Shown here: piece by piece, positions 35,923 through 48,106 of the stretch
Layout of the letters: the number at the start of each line of letters is the position of its first letter
Numbering within the stretch: position 1 is the first letter of the stretch
DNA from: Microbotryum violaceum
Lineage: Eukaryota
Direction of reading: 5' to 3'
Assembly: GCA_001244265.2 (NCBI GenBank)
Contig: CDLV01000009.1
Coordinates: 434,001 to 498,000, forward strand
Length of the DNA stretch: 64,000 nt
Position numbers and translations under genes: made by a program
The notes under the pieces: generated by a model
Seen by the model: only the letters and a program-made list of their open reading frames with translations
Database searches by the model: none
Told to the model about the DNA's origin: nothing

Positions 35923-36644
35923 GATGTCTCGTGAGCGCGGATATAAATTGAGAGAGCGAAAGGGAGAGCATCGATCGTGCCGATCGCTCGAACCGAAGAG
36001 CGCCGGCACTGCATACAATCGGCTTCACTGCAGCTTTCTTCCGTTCATAAAAATCATGCGCCAGACGGAAGAGGGGACGGTTTTGTTACTTTGAAGTCCC
36101 ACTATTACGACTGCCAGTGCACAGACTCTATGACTGCCTTTCTGTGTTCGTGTGCTATGATTGGAACGCAGTCGATTTTGCATCGATGGGTCCGTGCGGC
36201 GACGCGTTACGTCATGAGCCCGAGTGAGCAGTGCAGCGCGTCGCGTGGAGCCCAAGGTCCAACATTCTCAATTCTCAAGGTCGTTTCTATTTAACCACCC
36301 GGTACGAGTGCCAGTAATATGAAGGTATACTGAAGACACTGACAAAAATGTGAATCATACAGACACCAGGTGCGAGAAGAAATAATCAGTTCGGTTCAGG
36401 GGGCACTATGGCGCTTGGGCCCTTGTTTTCAGGGTTACGGTGGGGAAATCGAAGCGCCTGCATCTCGCGCCGAATGCGCGAGCCGGGCTCCGAGGGCTTG
36501 TTTCACTCCCATCATACTGACCCTCAGAGGCTTACACACTCCTTTACACGTGCGACACGAGCCCTTGTTGACGAGCACCGCCCATTTGTTTGTTTGTATC
36601 GGTCATCTCACATTCCCCCAGCTTGCCTTCGCCTCCACTCCAAT
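35923..36644. promoter_or_regulatory. Uninterrupted ~720-bp divergent promoter between hydrolase and oxidase (also 47384-48106)
   Basis: Lies between divergent ATGs at 35922 and 36645; no specific sites assigned. Confidence 0.6.
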
Positions 36645-39247
36645 ATGCGAACCCCCTCTACGACGCGGGTGGCGACGACCTTCACGGCCGCGTTGCTCGC
36701 GACGCTCAGCTCCGCGGCGCCGGCGGACAACACGATCGAGATCGTTGGCAATTCGGGTGTCAGGTCAGTTCAACTTCATTGTCTGGTTGCTCTTTGACTC
36801 TTCTGGAACGTGTTTGGCTGGGACGACTTGGCTGTATCGCACCACACCACGGAACGAGGCCGTGCGAACTAAGACGCCAAGCACGTCCGGCCGGAGTGAA
36901 TCGCTTTCGACGGATGGATGCGCACGCGCGTTTTCGCGCTATCGTCGTCACCCAACCTCGGCCTATGGAGCGCGGCCCAACAATGGGCGTGCGGCATTCT
37001 CGGCGCGAGGGACGTGCGAGCGTGCATGTGTACACCGTGTCCTTTTTGTGTTGTCACGTGACGGCGAGCATTCACTCTCATGGACAGCTCTTCGCCTTGT
37101 ACCTTGTGTGCGAACTGCGGTCGCCTCCGAGGCGTTGGCATTCCAAATCGGACTCGGCAGATGCGATGCGATGCACCGCGCGGGCCCGCGCAGCGTCTAC
37201 TTCCGACCGCCGATTGCCAACACCGCCGCCGGCTCGGCTTTTTCCAATTGATCGCCCCTAGCTAGCCTGGACCTCATGCTGGGGAGGACGGACGGTCGCT
37301 GAACATCCCATTTTCACCCCTCTTTTATGATCACAACAGTGCACAGCAACTTTTCCTCGGCCAGTCCAACAAGGTTTACATCGTCGACAAGACGGAACGC
37401 AACCCGGTCAACACCACCAGCGGCCACCCAGCATGGGCGACCGAGTACGACTACACCGACAACACATTCCGCACCATGGACATAAAAACCAACTCGTTCT
37501 GCGCCGGTGGTAACGTGCTCGGCAACGGCACCTGGATCAACATTGGTGGCAATCAGCCCGTCGGTCCCGGTGGGCTCAACGCCAACGCTGTCCCTGACCC
37601 TTACGTCAACGGCGATGGTGGGAAGGCGACACGGTGAGTGGACCTACTCTTCGACTGTTTCTTCGAACAAGACAAGTGGGTGCTTAACACGTACCCTTGC
37701 CCCTCGATACTTATCATCAAAGGCGACTGAATGTGTGCACCGATAAAAAGTGTGACTGGATCGACGATGGGTCCAACTACATGACGACGCGCCGATGGTA
37801 TCCGACACTAGAAACGCTCGAAGATGGATCCATGATCGTCATCGGAGGCTGCGACTGGGGAGGATACGTCAACGACAAGTCGCAGAACAACCCGACGTAC
37901 GAGTACTACCCGTCAAAGGGCGGTCCGATCGGCCTCAACATCCTCACCACGACCTTGCCGGCCAACCTATTCCCGCTGACGTGGCTGCTCCCTTCGGGTA
38001 ACATCTTCATCAATGCCAACTTGGGTACCGAGATCTTTGACTACAAGAACAACGTCGAGTACGCTGTCTCCGATATGCCTCACGCCGTCCGCACCTACCC
38101 CGGATCGGCTGCCACCGGCATGCTGCCGCTTACCCCGGCCAACAACTGGACCGCGACCATCCTTTTCTGTGGTGGCACAAACTTGCAGCCCGACCAATGG
38201 GTCACCTCTTGGAACATCGCCGCTTACCCCGCCGACAGCACGTGCGTGTCCATGACCCCCGATGTCTCGACCAACTGGGTCGATGAGGATCCGTTGCCCG
38301 AGGGCCGAGTGATGGGTAACCTCATCAGTCTTCCCGACGGTCGCTTTGTCGTGATCAACGGTATCGGCAAGGGTACAGCCGGTTACGGAAACACGTCGTG
38401 GGCCATCGGTCAATCTTTCGGTGACGATCCCGTTCACTCCATTCGCTACTACGACCCCTACGCCGCCTCGGGCAAGCGCTTCTCGAAGATCGTCGCCAGC
38501 TCGACCGTTGACCGCATGTACCACTCCTCAGCGACTCTCCTCCCCGACGGATCGCTCCTGTCATCGGGATCCAACCCCAATGCCGACTACGTCGCCCCCG
38601 GCACCCCTGGCTACACCTATCCTACCGAGTACCGCGTCGAGCGATTCTATCCCGACTACTTCACCGCGAACCGGCCGCAGCCGACCGGTCTCCCGACGAC
38701 GCTCGGCTACGGTGGCTCGTACTTCAACGTTACTCTGTCCCAGACCGATGTCGGCAACGTCTCGAAGCTCGACAACACTAAGGTCGTGCTGATCCGACCT
38801 GGCTTTTCGACCCATGCGATGAATATGGGCCAACGTTTCGTCCAGCTCGACTCGACCTTCAGCGCCAACTCGGATGGCTCGGCCGTGCTGCACGTCTCCC
38901 CCGTCCCTCCCAACCCCGCGATCCTCGTCCCCGGCCCTTGCCTCATTTTTGTCGTCGTTGACGGCATCCCCTCGATTGGCCAGTGGGTTACCATCGGTAA
39001 CGGCCAACTCGGAGCCCAGACCATCAGCCCCGTGCAGCGTCTTCCCGCTTCGACCGGTGGTGATGGCAAGCCATGGAACAGTGGCAACAGCACGTCGACG
39101 AGCACGACCTCTGCTGCCGGTTCCGCTGGCACGGGATCTTCGAGTTCCAACTCCAACAACAGTGCTGGCAGTGGGGCCATGTCGATCCTCGCACCTGTCT
39201 TTACTGTGCTCGGCGCCGTGATGGCCGCCTCGACTTTGTTGATCTAG
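36645..39247 (+). CDS. Copper radical oxidase / glyoxal oxidase (AA5_1), copy 2 (intact)
   Basis: Same motifs as copy 1. The last exon lies in the uninterrupted 516-aa ORF 37697-39247. Confidence 0.93.
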
Positions 39248-39901
39248 ACGAGGATGAACGATGACGAACGATGTTTGGACGATTTGTCGTTGGTCCCCAT
39301 ATTATGGCACAGACCTTGGACACAATGGACGCTGTCGTCCTCACTTTTCCCTCTCGGTCAGGTGCCGATGAGTAAACCCCTTTAACCCCCACTCAGCTGT
39401 CTTTCTGGCCTCCCTCTTTCTATTTGTTAGACGAAGCTTATTCCCCTCCCCCCCCCCCCCCCCTCTCCCCTTCGCTACGCACCCAATCGCCACCTGAACA
39501 CTTGTGCGATTTGGCATGCTCTTCCCCTCCCCAATTCGTCGTTTTCCTCTTGTTCGCATTTTTCATTCGCCCCCCGTCTTTACCCTTCCTCTTTACCTCT
39601 CTTGGCCCTGATTAGACACATCGCCTCTTTCTTGTTCCTAGTATCATATGACATACCGCATTTTTCTACATGACAAATCGTTCTCGGTTCAGCGAGCCAT
39701 GTTTTGAAAAAAGGGATGAACACCAAAGCTCCAAAGCGAGCAGAATCCAGAAGAAATCGACAATAGAATGTACACCGTTCGTCTTCAACGCCTCTCCCGT
39801 CTCCTAAGCCCATCTCATCATCTCTTTTCACATCCCCACACCCCCAGGAAAAGGTGCAAGAGACGTTCAAAGAAGCCTCTTCCTTCCTGCTCCCTTCTCG
39901 T

Positions 39902-40565
39902 TACCCTAACTAGTAAAAAAGAAGTGTCGATCCGCGACCATGTACCTAAAATCGCTGTTTTTGACTGTGTTGTGGTGAGTGTACCAGTGCAGTATTGCGT
40001 CTGCCGCACCTGTCTGTGATATTGGCGTCCCGATCAGAAGTCATGTACAACCTCTGCCGCATTTTCTGCACCATAAAAGTCGAGCTACAGCCCGAGGACA
40101 ATTTTTGTTGATTTTTGGTGGGGTGCGCAACTATATAGCAAGCGCGTGGGTTTGCATGATACTTCTTCTACAGAGCTCAGGCGTGGTCTCGCTGTCGTTG
40201 ACACGTTGACGCGCGGACGCGCGGACGCGGGCGCCGCTACGCTGCGGGATGCGGGATGCCCCGTCGATCACGTGACGAATTTCTGGCATCCCGATACCAG
40301 TTTTAGGGGCTCAACAACAACATGAGGTTCCAGGCGCTGTGAATACTCCCGCGCTACTCTCTCCAATTTTCGCCTTTTCCTTCCCACTCTCATCGAATTT
40401 GCGTGACAACCGCGCCGAGTCTTTGGCGCGAGGGTAGCGCCGTACGTTATACGATAGCGTCCTACCGTACCAAGTAAACGATTTGGCTCCGAGGTTATTA
40501 AATTCCTCGGCCGGGCTAATCTTTCTCCGTACAGGATCCAGGACCCCGAAAGCCCAGCGGGAGGC

Positions 40566-40598
<33 letters not shown>

Positions 40599-43500
40599 GA
40601 CATTTTGAGGACCCAAAATCCTGAAAATCGTCGAGGCGCATTGCAAAAAATTGACATTTTGGACGAAACACACGTTTCGCCCCCGAGGCGCATGTCTAGA
40701 TTTTGACATTTTCCCGTGAGTCTGCCCAATTTTGGCCTACCCTGAGCAGCCTACGGCATGACTTTGGGCCCGTTTGCCTTCGCTTCGAGACGCGTTTCGC
40801 GATGCTCGCGCTTGAACAAGTCACTTAGTACTAGCCCTCTTCGGTAATCACTTGAGTTAAGTGGCAGTGAGGGATTAGGCCGATTAGATATTGAAAGGGC
40901 GCAGGTTCCGTTCCGCTTCACTTCGGTCCGAGATTGGAGCATAGCACGACAACATCATCCCATGCAGGCCTTGAACGATGCCTTCGATTGATCATTGCCA
41001 CTCACCAACATGAACATGACGATCGCCGAGCTCCTCACCTTTGATGTCGCTCCCGCCGACGCGTCTCTTCACATCGAGTTGTCCAAAGACGAGCTCACCC
41101 ACTACTCGACCTTATCATCTACTCGAGGCCGTTGAGAAGGCAAACAGCTTCTCACGACCAATCGTGCGTCTACCAAGCTCAACTATCGAAATTTTGGTCT
41201 AAGCTCACGCGTGTTTGGTTCTACACAGCCCACACACCTGAAACTTCCGCCTCAAGTTGTCGATGCTCGCGATACCAATTTCTCGCTGAACTGGCCAACC
41301 TGATTGCCCATCAAGCTGCTCATAAGTGTAACCACCTCAAGCTGTTCTACTCAAGGGAGGCCGGTGGAATCGAGCTACCCAACTCGCGGAGAGGCAGGCG
41401 TAGGGGTTAGCAATACAGAGGAAGGACGCAGTACAACACACTCATGCGTCTTGAAAGGGTTGGTACAGTCCATGGGACCATCTCGCTGCGAAGACATGGC
41501 GGGCACGACAAGGAGCTTTCGCTGGACTAGAGGTGACCAGATGGACGAGCGTTCACAACACACGAGGATCCAGAAGAATGTCTATACTGAGGATGGCCGC
41601 ATTCAAGTGAGTTGTTGCTGAATTTAGGAACGAAGGCAACTGGATCTAATGTTTTGCCGGTCCTATACTTTTAGGAAAAGCTCCCTGAGAGAGACAAGCA
41701 GTATGGAGCGCTAGCACAACGCTATCCTCATTTTGGATCGCTTGACGGAGCTGTAACCGCTGCCACACCATTGGAGATTGGATCTCTGATCTGCTTTGGC
41801 CTCAAGCGTGGCATGCATTCACTCAGCTGCGATCAAACTATTTATGCAGAAGAAGCGCTGTCTATCGGAATTGGTGCGTTGTTTTGAGTGGCAGTTAAGG
41901 AAGTTCTCGTTCGACACAAGTCTTGTGTGTGTCCTACAGTGCGACACATCTACAGCAAAGTGACAACAAACCACTGCAACCAAGACACGCTCGCCTCGTT
42001 GGTTCTACTCTCAAATGTCGTCGTACAGGAGCTTCGCCTCATCAAGAAAACATGCTATTCCACACACCTCATTGATGGCACTATGCCGTTCCGCATGATT
42101 GATGGTCGACAGGTCATCGAGTCATTAGGCCCGTCAACGACTACATATCGTTCAACCACGGACCTTACCTCATGTTACCCGGACGAGCGCCTAATCAGCA
42201 CGAGCGCACATGCCGAGCAAAGGTTTGCCGCCTTCGGAGCGTGCCCGGCCTGCGAGATGCCGCCGGCAGAACGTCTACAAGCCGCACAAATGCCACCGCG
42301 GAAACAAGGAGCTCAACTTCATCAAAAACGAAGTCTGACCACGAAGCAGCGAGCCAGCCAGCAAAGCAAGGAAGGCTTGTTTGAAGCCTGGAGCCACGCG
42401 CAACACCAGCCGAAGCGACGCGCGCCGCAAGCCACTTTCGATAGGCCGCCGCGCGCCCGCAAACGCTCGGAATGCCTTTTCGAGAACTTTTGAGCGATTT
42501 TTGGAGCATGTAGAACACATTTTGATGATATTTTCGAGGCGCATGCGAAATTTTGACATTTTGGGGCCAAAATAGGGTAAAAAACTTTGACAAAACCAGT
42601 GGGAACCCGTTAAATTAACGGGAGGATGTAATTCAAAAAATAGCGGGATAATCGAACAGTCTACATGATATCAGCGCAGAGGTTAAGAAAACACAATACG
42701 AAATACAGCAAAGAAACAAAATCCATTCATCTTACATTCATTGCCGAAACAGCCTGCATGTCGCTTGTTGCCGGACTTGGCTTCAAACACTCGTGCAATG
42801 AGATCCGGACGGTTGCATGCTTTATCGGCCCCAGTGCAGCCTTGATTTCCGGTGAGTCGGGGTCGTACGTCATCGTGATCAGCAGCGGAGGCTTTCCCTC
42901 TTTGACAACACACGCCATCGCATCCTGGTATCGCTGCGTGATGTCGCGATTTGGTTCGGGGTCAAGCCGTTGATGCCTTGGGTCGTGGTGAGGCGTAGGT
43001 TCTCTTGATGCAATCGGATGTGTTGAGTCGATCGGTCTCGACTTGGGAGGATATCCGTAAATCACAAACTCCAGGAAGGGACGTTGGGTGCAATGCGGGA
43101 TTGAGAAGTACTCGTCGCGTTTGGCAAGTAGTGCACAAAGAATGGTGAACGCGAGACTCGCCACCTCGACCCCTTTACTTGACCTTCGTCCTAGGTGTTC
43201 AAAAGTTCAATGTCAGTCTGTGCTTGCGCCTTAGACAGAATGGAACATCAGAGAAAGAGCTGAAGAAGCGTACGTTCGCCATCACCATCCTCTTCGTCCC
43301 CTTCCTCGCCGTCTTCATCCTCATTGTCGCGGTCTTCGTCCTCCTGTTCGTCTTCGTCATCCAGACCAAGACCGGCAAGTACCTCGCGCAATTGGACACC
43401 ATTGTCGATCTGCTCTCGGTTTCTGGCGATTGGCGGCCCGGCTTGGTGGAACCCGCAAAGAGGAATGTTGGGGTGGAAGCCATCTTCCCCTGCAGGAAAA

Positions 43501-45669
43501 AGTAGTGGGTAACGAAGAGGCATCGCGGACGGATGGAGCGAGCTAACGATTTGGTACTTGGGCCGACCATCGGGACATCGATCACCGTGCACCTGGAGAA
43601 CAAGGTCTTGCGGTCCACGATCTCCCGTGTTGGTGTCGGAATCGCAGATAAGCATCGCCATTTCTGTGCTTGATGTAGGAGGGTTGTGGGTGCGTCGGTC
43701 CCGGTCTGGCGGGAGGCAGAGGCGCAGGATCCACTCTTTGGCCGTATCCCAACCTGCGCGAGGTTTGGCCGATGCGAACTCCCTCACAAAGCGATTGCCG
43801 GTGCGCAGAATGGACTCGAGCTTGGTCAAAATAGATCGTTGCATGCGACTGTCTGCGCCGTCGGGTCCAAGTCGAGTGTCGGTGGCCTCGGCCGGGTCGA
43901 TCAGCCATGTCTGGGCAAAGGCTGGGCGTTGATTCACGGCAGGGATCAGGGCACCGAGTCAATGATAGAGGCGGCCGAACACACGAAACACGGGAGGTCC
44001 TAGAGTGCCCACTTGGGTTTGGTCCCAGTGGGCAGCGAGCGAAGTAAAGGACAACGCGTTATTGTAAGACCGGGCATTCTCGCGGAATGCTTTAGCGTCT
44101 GTGTAGGTGCATCGCACAGTTCAGCATGTGGGCCATACTGCAGAGAGATGTTGTTGGACGGAGCAACTGACCGCTATCCGAGCCTTCAAGAAGCTGCCGA
44201 TACTCGAGATTGGGCTGGGGAGGGGGAGGTAGCCGCACCTTGCCCTGCGAAAACGTGGGGCTTGAGGGGTTTGAGCGCGATTCGAGCCCGGCGCACTCGC
44301 CTTTGCGGAGGTGGTGGTGGGGCGAGCCCAGCGTCGAGTTGGCCATCGCGCTGACCACGCTGTCCGTTCTGCACAGCTGCACGGCGGGCTCGTATACGTG
44401 TCGCAATGCCAAGATCGGTTGAATTGTTGTCATGACTCGCCGGGGGGCTGATTCTGTTGATCGGTGCGGGACGAAGAGGAGGGTCGAGCCGCGGGGCGCC
44501 CAGCAGCGGGCGCTCGAGCTGGCCCATGGTACGGCGCTATCCTCGCGCCCAAGACTTGGCGAGGTTGCGATGGCCCTCCCTGGCGACCTTGGGACCGGGG
44601 CATTACACAGTAGCGAAGGTTTGTTCTTGAATGAGTGTCGGATGAGAGTGGAAGGGAGAAAGGAAAGGTTCGAGGGAGTGGCGCAGGATTATTCACGTGG
44701 TTTGATTTGTTGTTCAGCCCTAATGCCGCTGGTCGACTGCCGGAATGACACTCCACCGCCGGCGCACCGCATCACGTGACAAACGCCAGCCCTCGCCTCG
44801 CACGTCAAGCAGAGCTCTGCTGTAGAAGCAATATCATGCAAAGCCACGCGCTTGCAATTCATTAAATGCAATATGAGTGGAAGCATTGTTTTATGTGAGC
44901 GAAAAAAAGAAGGAAAATACTGGGAGCGCTGTAGCTTCGTTGGAACGGCGCGGAAAATACAAAAGTCACCATAGGGCTCGTACATGACTTCTGATCCGAA
45001 CCCCAACACCACAGGCAGGTGCGGCAGACACAACAGTATGCTGGTACATCCACCACAGGCGGCCCTCCCGGCCGCAACCTAGTTAAAAATAGCGATTTTA
45101 GGTACATTCCTCAACTCACACTTTTTTTTTACTAGTTAGGGTAACTAGTTACTAGTTAGGGTAAAAAAAAATGTGAGTTAAGGAATGTACCTAAAATCGC
45201 TGTTTTTAACTAGGTTGCGGCCGGGAGGGCCGCCTGTGGTGGATGTACCAGCATACTGTTGTGTCTGCAACCGTCCGGATCTCATTGCACGAGTGTTTGA
45301 AGCCAAGTCCGGCAACAAGCGACATGCAGGCTGTTTCGGCAATGAATGTAAGATGAATGGATCTTGATTCTTTGCTGTATTTCGTATTGTCTTAACCTCT
45401 GCGCTGATATCATGTAGACTGTTCGATTATCCTGCTATTTTTTGAATTACATCCTCCCGTCAATTTAACGGGTTCCCACTGTTTTTTTTTACTAGTTAGG
45501 GTAAAGCACGGGCAGGCTGTTTTGGCGATGAATGAAGGATAAATGGATTTTGTTTCTTTGCTGTACTTCGTATGGTGTTTTCTTAACCTCTGCGCTGAAA
45601 TCATGCAGACTGTTGATTATCCTGCTATTTGCATTTCATCCTCCCGTTAATTTAACGGGTTCCCACTGG
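39902..45669 (+). mobile_element. Composite Helitron spacer, copy 2
   Basis: Near-identical to 28439-34209 with identical junctions. Confidence 0.85.
42596..45143 (-). mobile_element. Internally deleted Helitron1-type element, copy 2
   Basis: Same RepHel fragments (ORFs 42727-43164, 43248-43937) and termini as copy 1. Confidence 0.9.
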
Positions 45670-45968
45670 TTGTGATGAGTAAAGGTGCCGCTTGGGCCTC
45701 CTCCATGTTGGTCTATGCGCCTGCTGTTGCTCCACCCACATTTCTCTGGCAACGTAGTTGGCGGTGTCGGCTATGCCACTCGTTGCTGATTCTTGTCGAC
45801 ATATTTCCCGGCCGATCTCAAGCAAGATACAAAGACTTTCAAGCGAGCTTCGACCTCTTCTTCGGGAAATATGCGTGAGCACAGAGTCCGCGTACTGTGG
45901 ACCGCTCGGACGAGAGCGCGCGGGCCGAACAGCTTCGATCACGTGATCAGCCATTGCAAACCCTCAGG

Positions 45969-47383
45969 TCAAGTACATCTCCTCTCGATCCAATCAACCA
46001 CATCCTTGTCCAGCGTCTCCCAATGCGACGCTGTTGCAAAATGAGGACCCCCTTGAATGACGAGGAGTTCGCTGTTGTCCGTTCCGATCGCCGAGCAAGT
46101 TCGTTCGTGATAATTGCGCTCGAATGGGTACTGCAGTCATAGCTAAATATGAGCCCGTAGTAAAATGAATGACGAAATGAAAGGACTAGCTGACTCACAG
46201 CATTGTCATCCGTCCCGTGCACGACTAGCACGTTCGTCTTGCCGAGCGGACTGGGTCGACTCGCGAGCCGACCGATCAAGCCTCTTCGATGGTTCAGACA
46301 GCGATGGTTCATCTGTGCGAGAGATCGGGCCTAGTACCACGAAAAGGTCCTAAAATGGATCGCACATTCATCTACTGACTTTCATCGTCTCCCCGGCTTG
46401 CTTCCCTTCCAAGATGCCATCGTCATTCACGAGCGTTGCCTTGAGCGCATCCGCGATAACTTTTGTCCCCTGTTCCCTTGCCACAGCAAACAAAGGCTCC
46501 TCTGACTCGGTATATCCAGCTTTGCCCATGTTCGTGGCAAACTCGTCGATTAGTTGTGCGACTTGTTCGGGGGAAGTCGTGGCTCGGCATTTGGTCGCAA
46601 AGTCTTCGCCGTCCTGGGTATAGTCGACGACGAAGTCTGTGACGCCCATACCACAGAATCCAATATAAGGCTGAATATATGGCAACATGTCCAAACGGGT
46701 TTTAGATGCGCACCTTCGCTCTCTTCCTCGGCACAGGTCCCAACGATGACGACGCCGACAATTCTTCGCTCCTTTCCCTCCTTGGTCACTCGTTCATGAT
46801 CCCTCATGCCCAACCTCAAACCCGTATGAGCTCCCCCATCGAATCACCATACGAAACGGCCTTCACCTCTCTTCCAAGCTCCTTTGATACATCGTCAAGA
46901 ATATGCAAGATTGCTTCGGCCGCGAGATCAAAGGACCAGGCTGACCCCGCTGGAGAAGTGCGCGATTGGGCGAACCCGGGGGCGTCGACGGCGATCTTGT
47001 GATAAGGTGCCAAAAGAGGGTTCTTGATTTGGGGTTGCCAGTATTCTCGGGAGGCGTTGAAGTCTGTTCCGTCGCAGAGAGGCAGAAGGGGAGACGTGTC
47101 AGTGCCCGGGGGTTACGTTCCAGATCGGGCCCGCGGATTAGCTGATGGGTCGCTTTGCAGAACAAGAAGTATGGTATGCACCCCGGGATATACCCTGAGT
47201 CATATTTCAAGTAGAAATGGACTCACGATGCAGCAGAACTAAGAAAGGCAGCTCCTTGCCTCCCTCCGACTTGACCGTAGGTTCATGGTGGGTGTACGAG
47301 ATCGTATAGTCCTTGGTAGAAGACGTGAACGTTGGGTCTCGCTTGCTGATATCAAAGCTGACTGTTACGCTCTTCTCTGTCAT
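45969..47383 (-). pseudogene. Alpha/beta-hydrolase copy 3 (one 1-bp homopolymer deletion as read; may be sequencing error)
   Basis: C5 vs C6 at 46833-46837, the same change as in copy 2. Confidence 0.7.
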
Positions 47384-48106
47384 GATGTCTCGTGAGCGCG
47401 GATATAAATTGAGAGAGCGAAAGGGAGAGCATCGATCGTGCCGATCGCTCGAACCGAAGAGCGCCGGCACTGCATACAATCGGCTTCACTGCAGCTTTCT
47501 TCCGTTCATAAAAATCATGCGCCAGACGGAAGAGGGGACGGTTTTGTTACTTTGAAGTCCCACTATTACGACTGCCAGTGCACAGACTCTATGACTGCCT
47601 TTCTGTGTTCGTGTGCTATGATTGGAACGCAGTCGATTTTGCATCGATGGGTCCGTGCGGCGACGCGTTACGTCATGAGCCCGAGTGAGCAGTGCAGCGC
47701 GTCGCGTGGAGCCCAAGGTCCAACATTCTCAATTCTCAAGGTCGTTTCTATTTAACCACCCGGTACGAGTGCCAGTAATATGAAGGTATACTGAAGACAC
47801 TGACAAAAATGTGAATCATACAGACACCAGGTGCGAGAAGAAATAATCAGTTCGGTTCAGGGGGCACTATGGCGCTTGGGCCCTTGTTTTCAGGGTTACG
47901 GTGGGGAAATCGAAGCGCCTGCATCTCGCGCCGAATGCGCGAGCCGGGCTCCGAGGGCTTGTTTCACTCCCATCATACTGACCCTCAGAGGCTTACACAC
48001 TCCTTTACACGTGCGACACGAGCCCTTGTTGACGAGCACCGCCCATTTGTTTGTTTGTATCGGTCATCTCACATTCCCCCCAGCTTGCCTTCGCCTCCAC
48101 TCCAAT

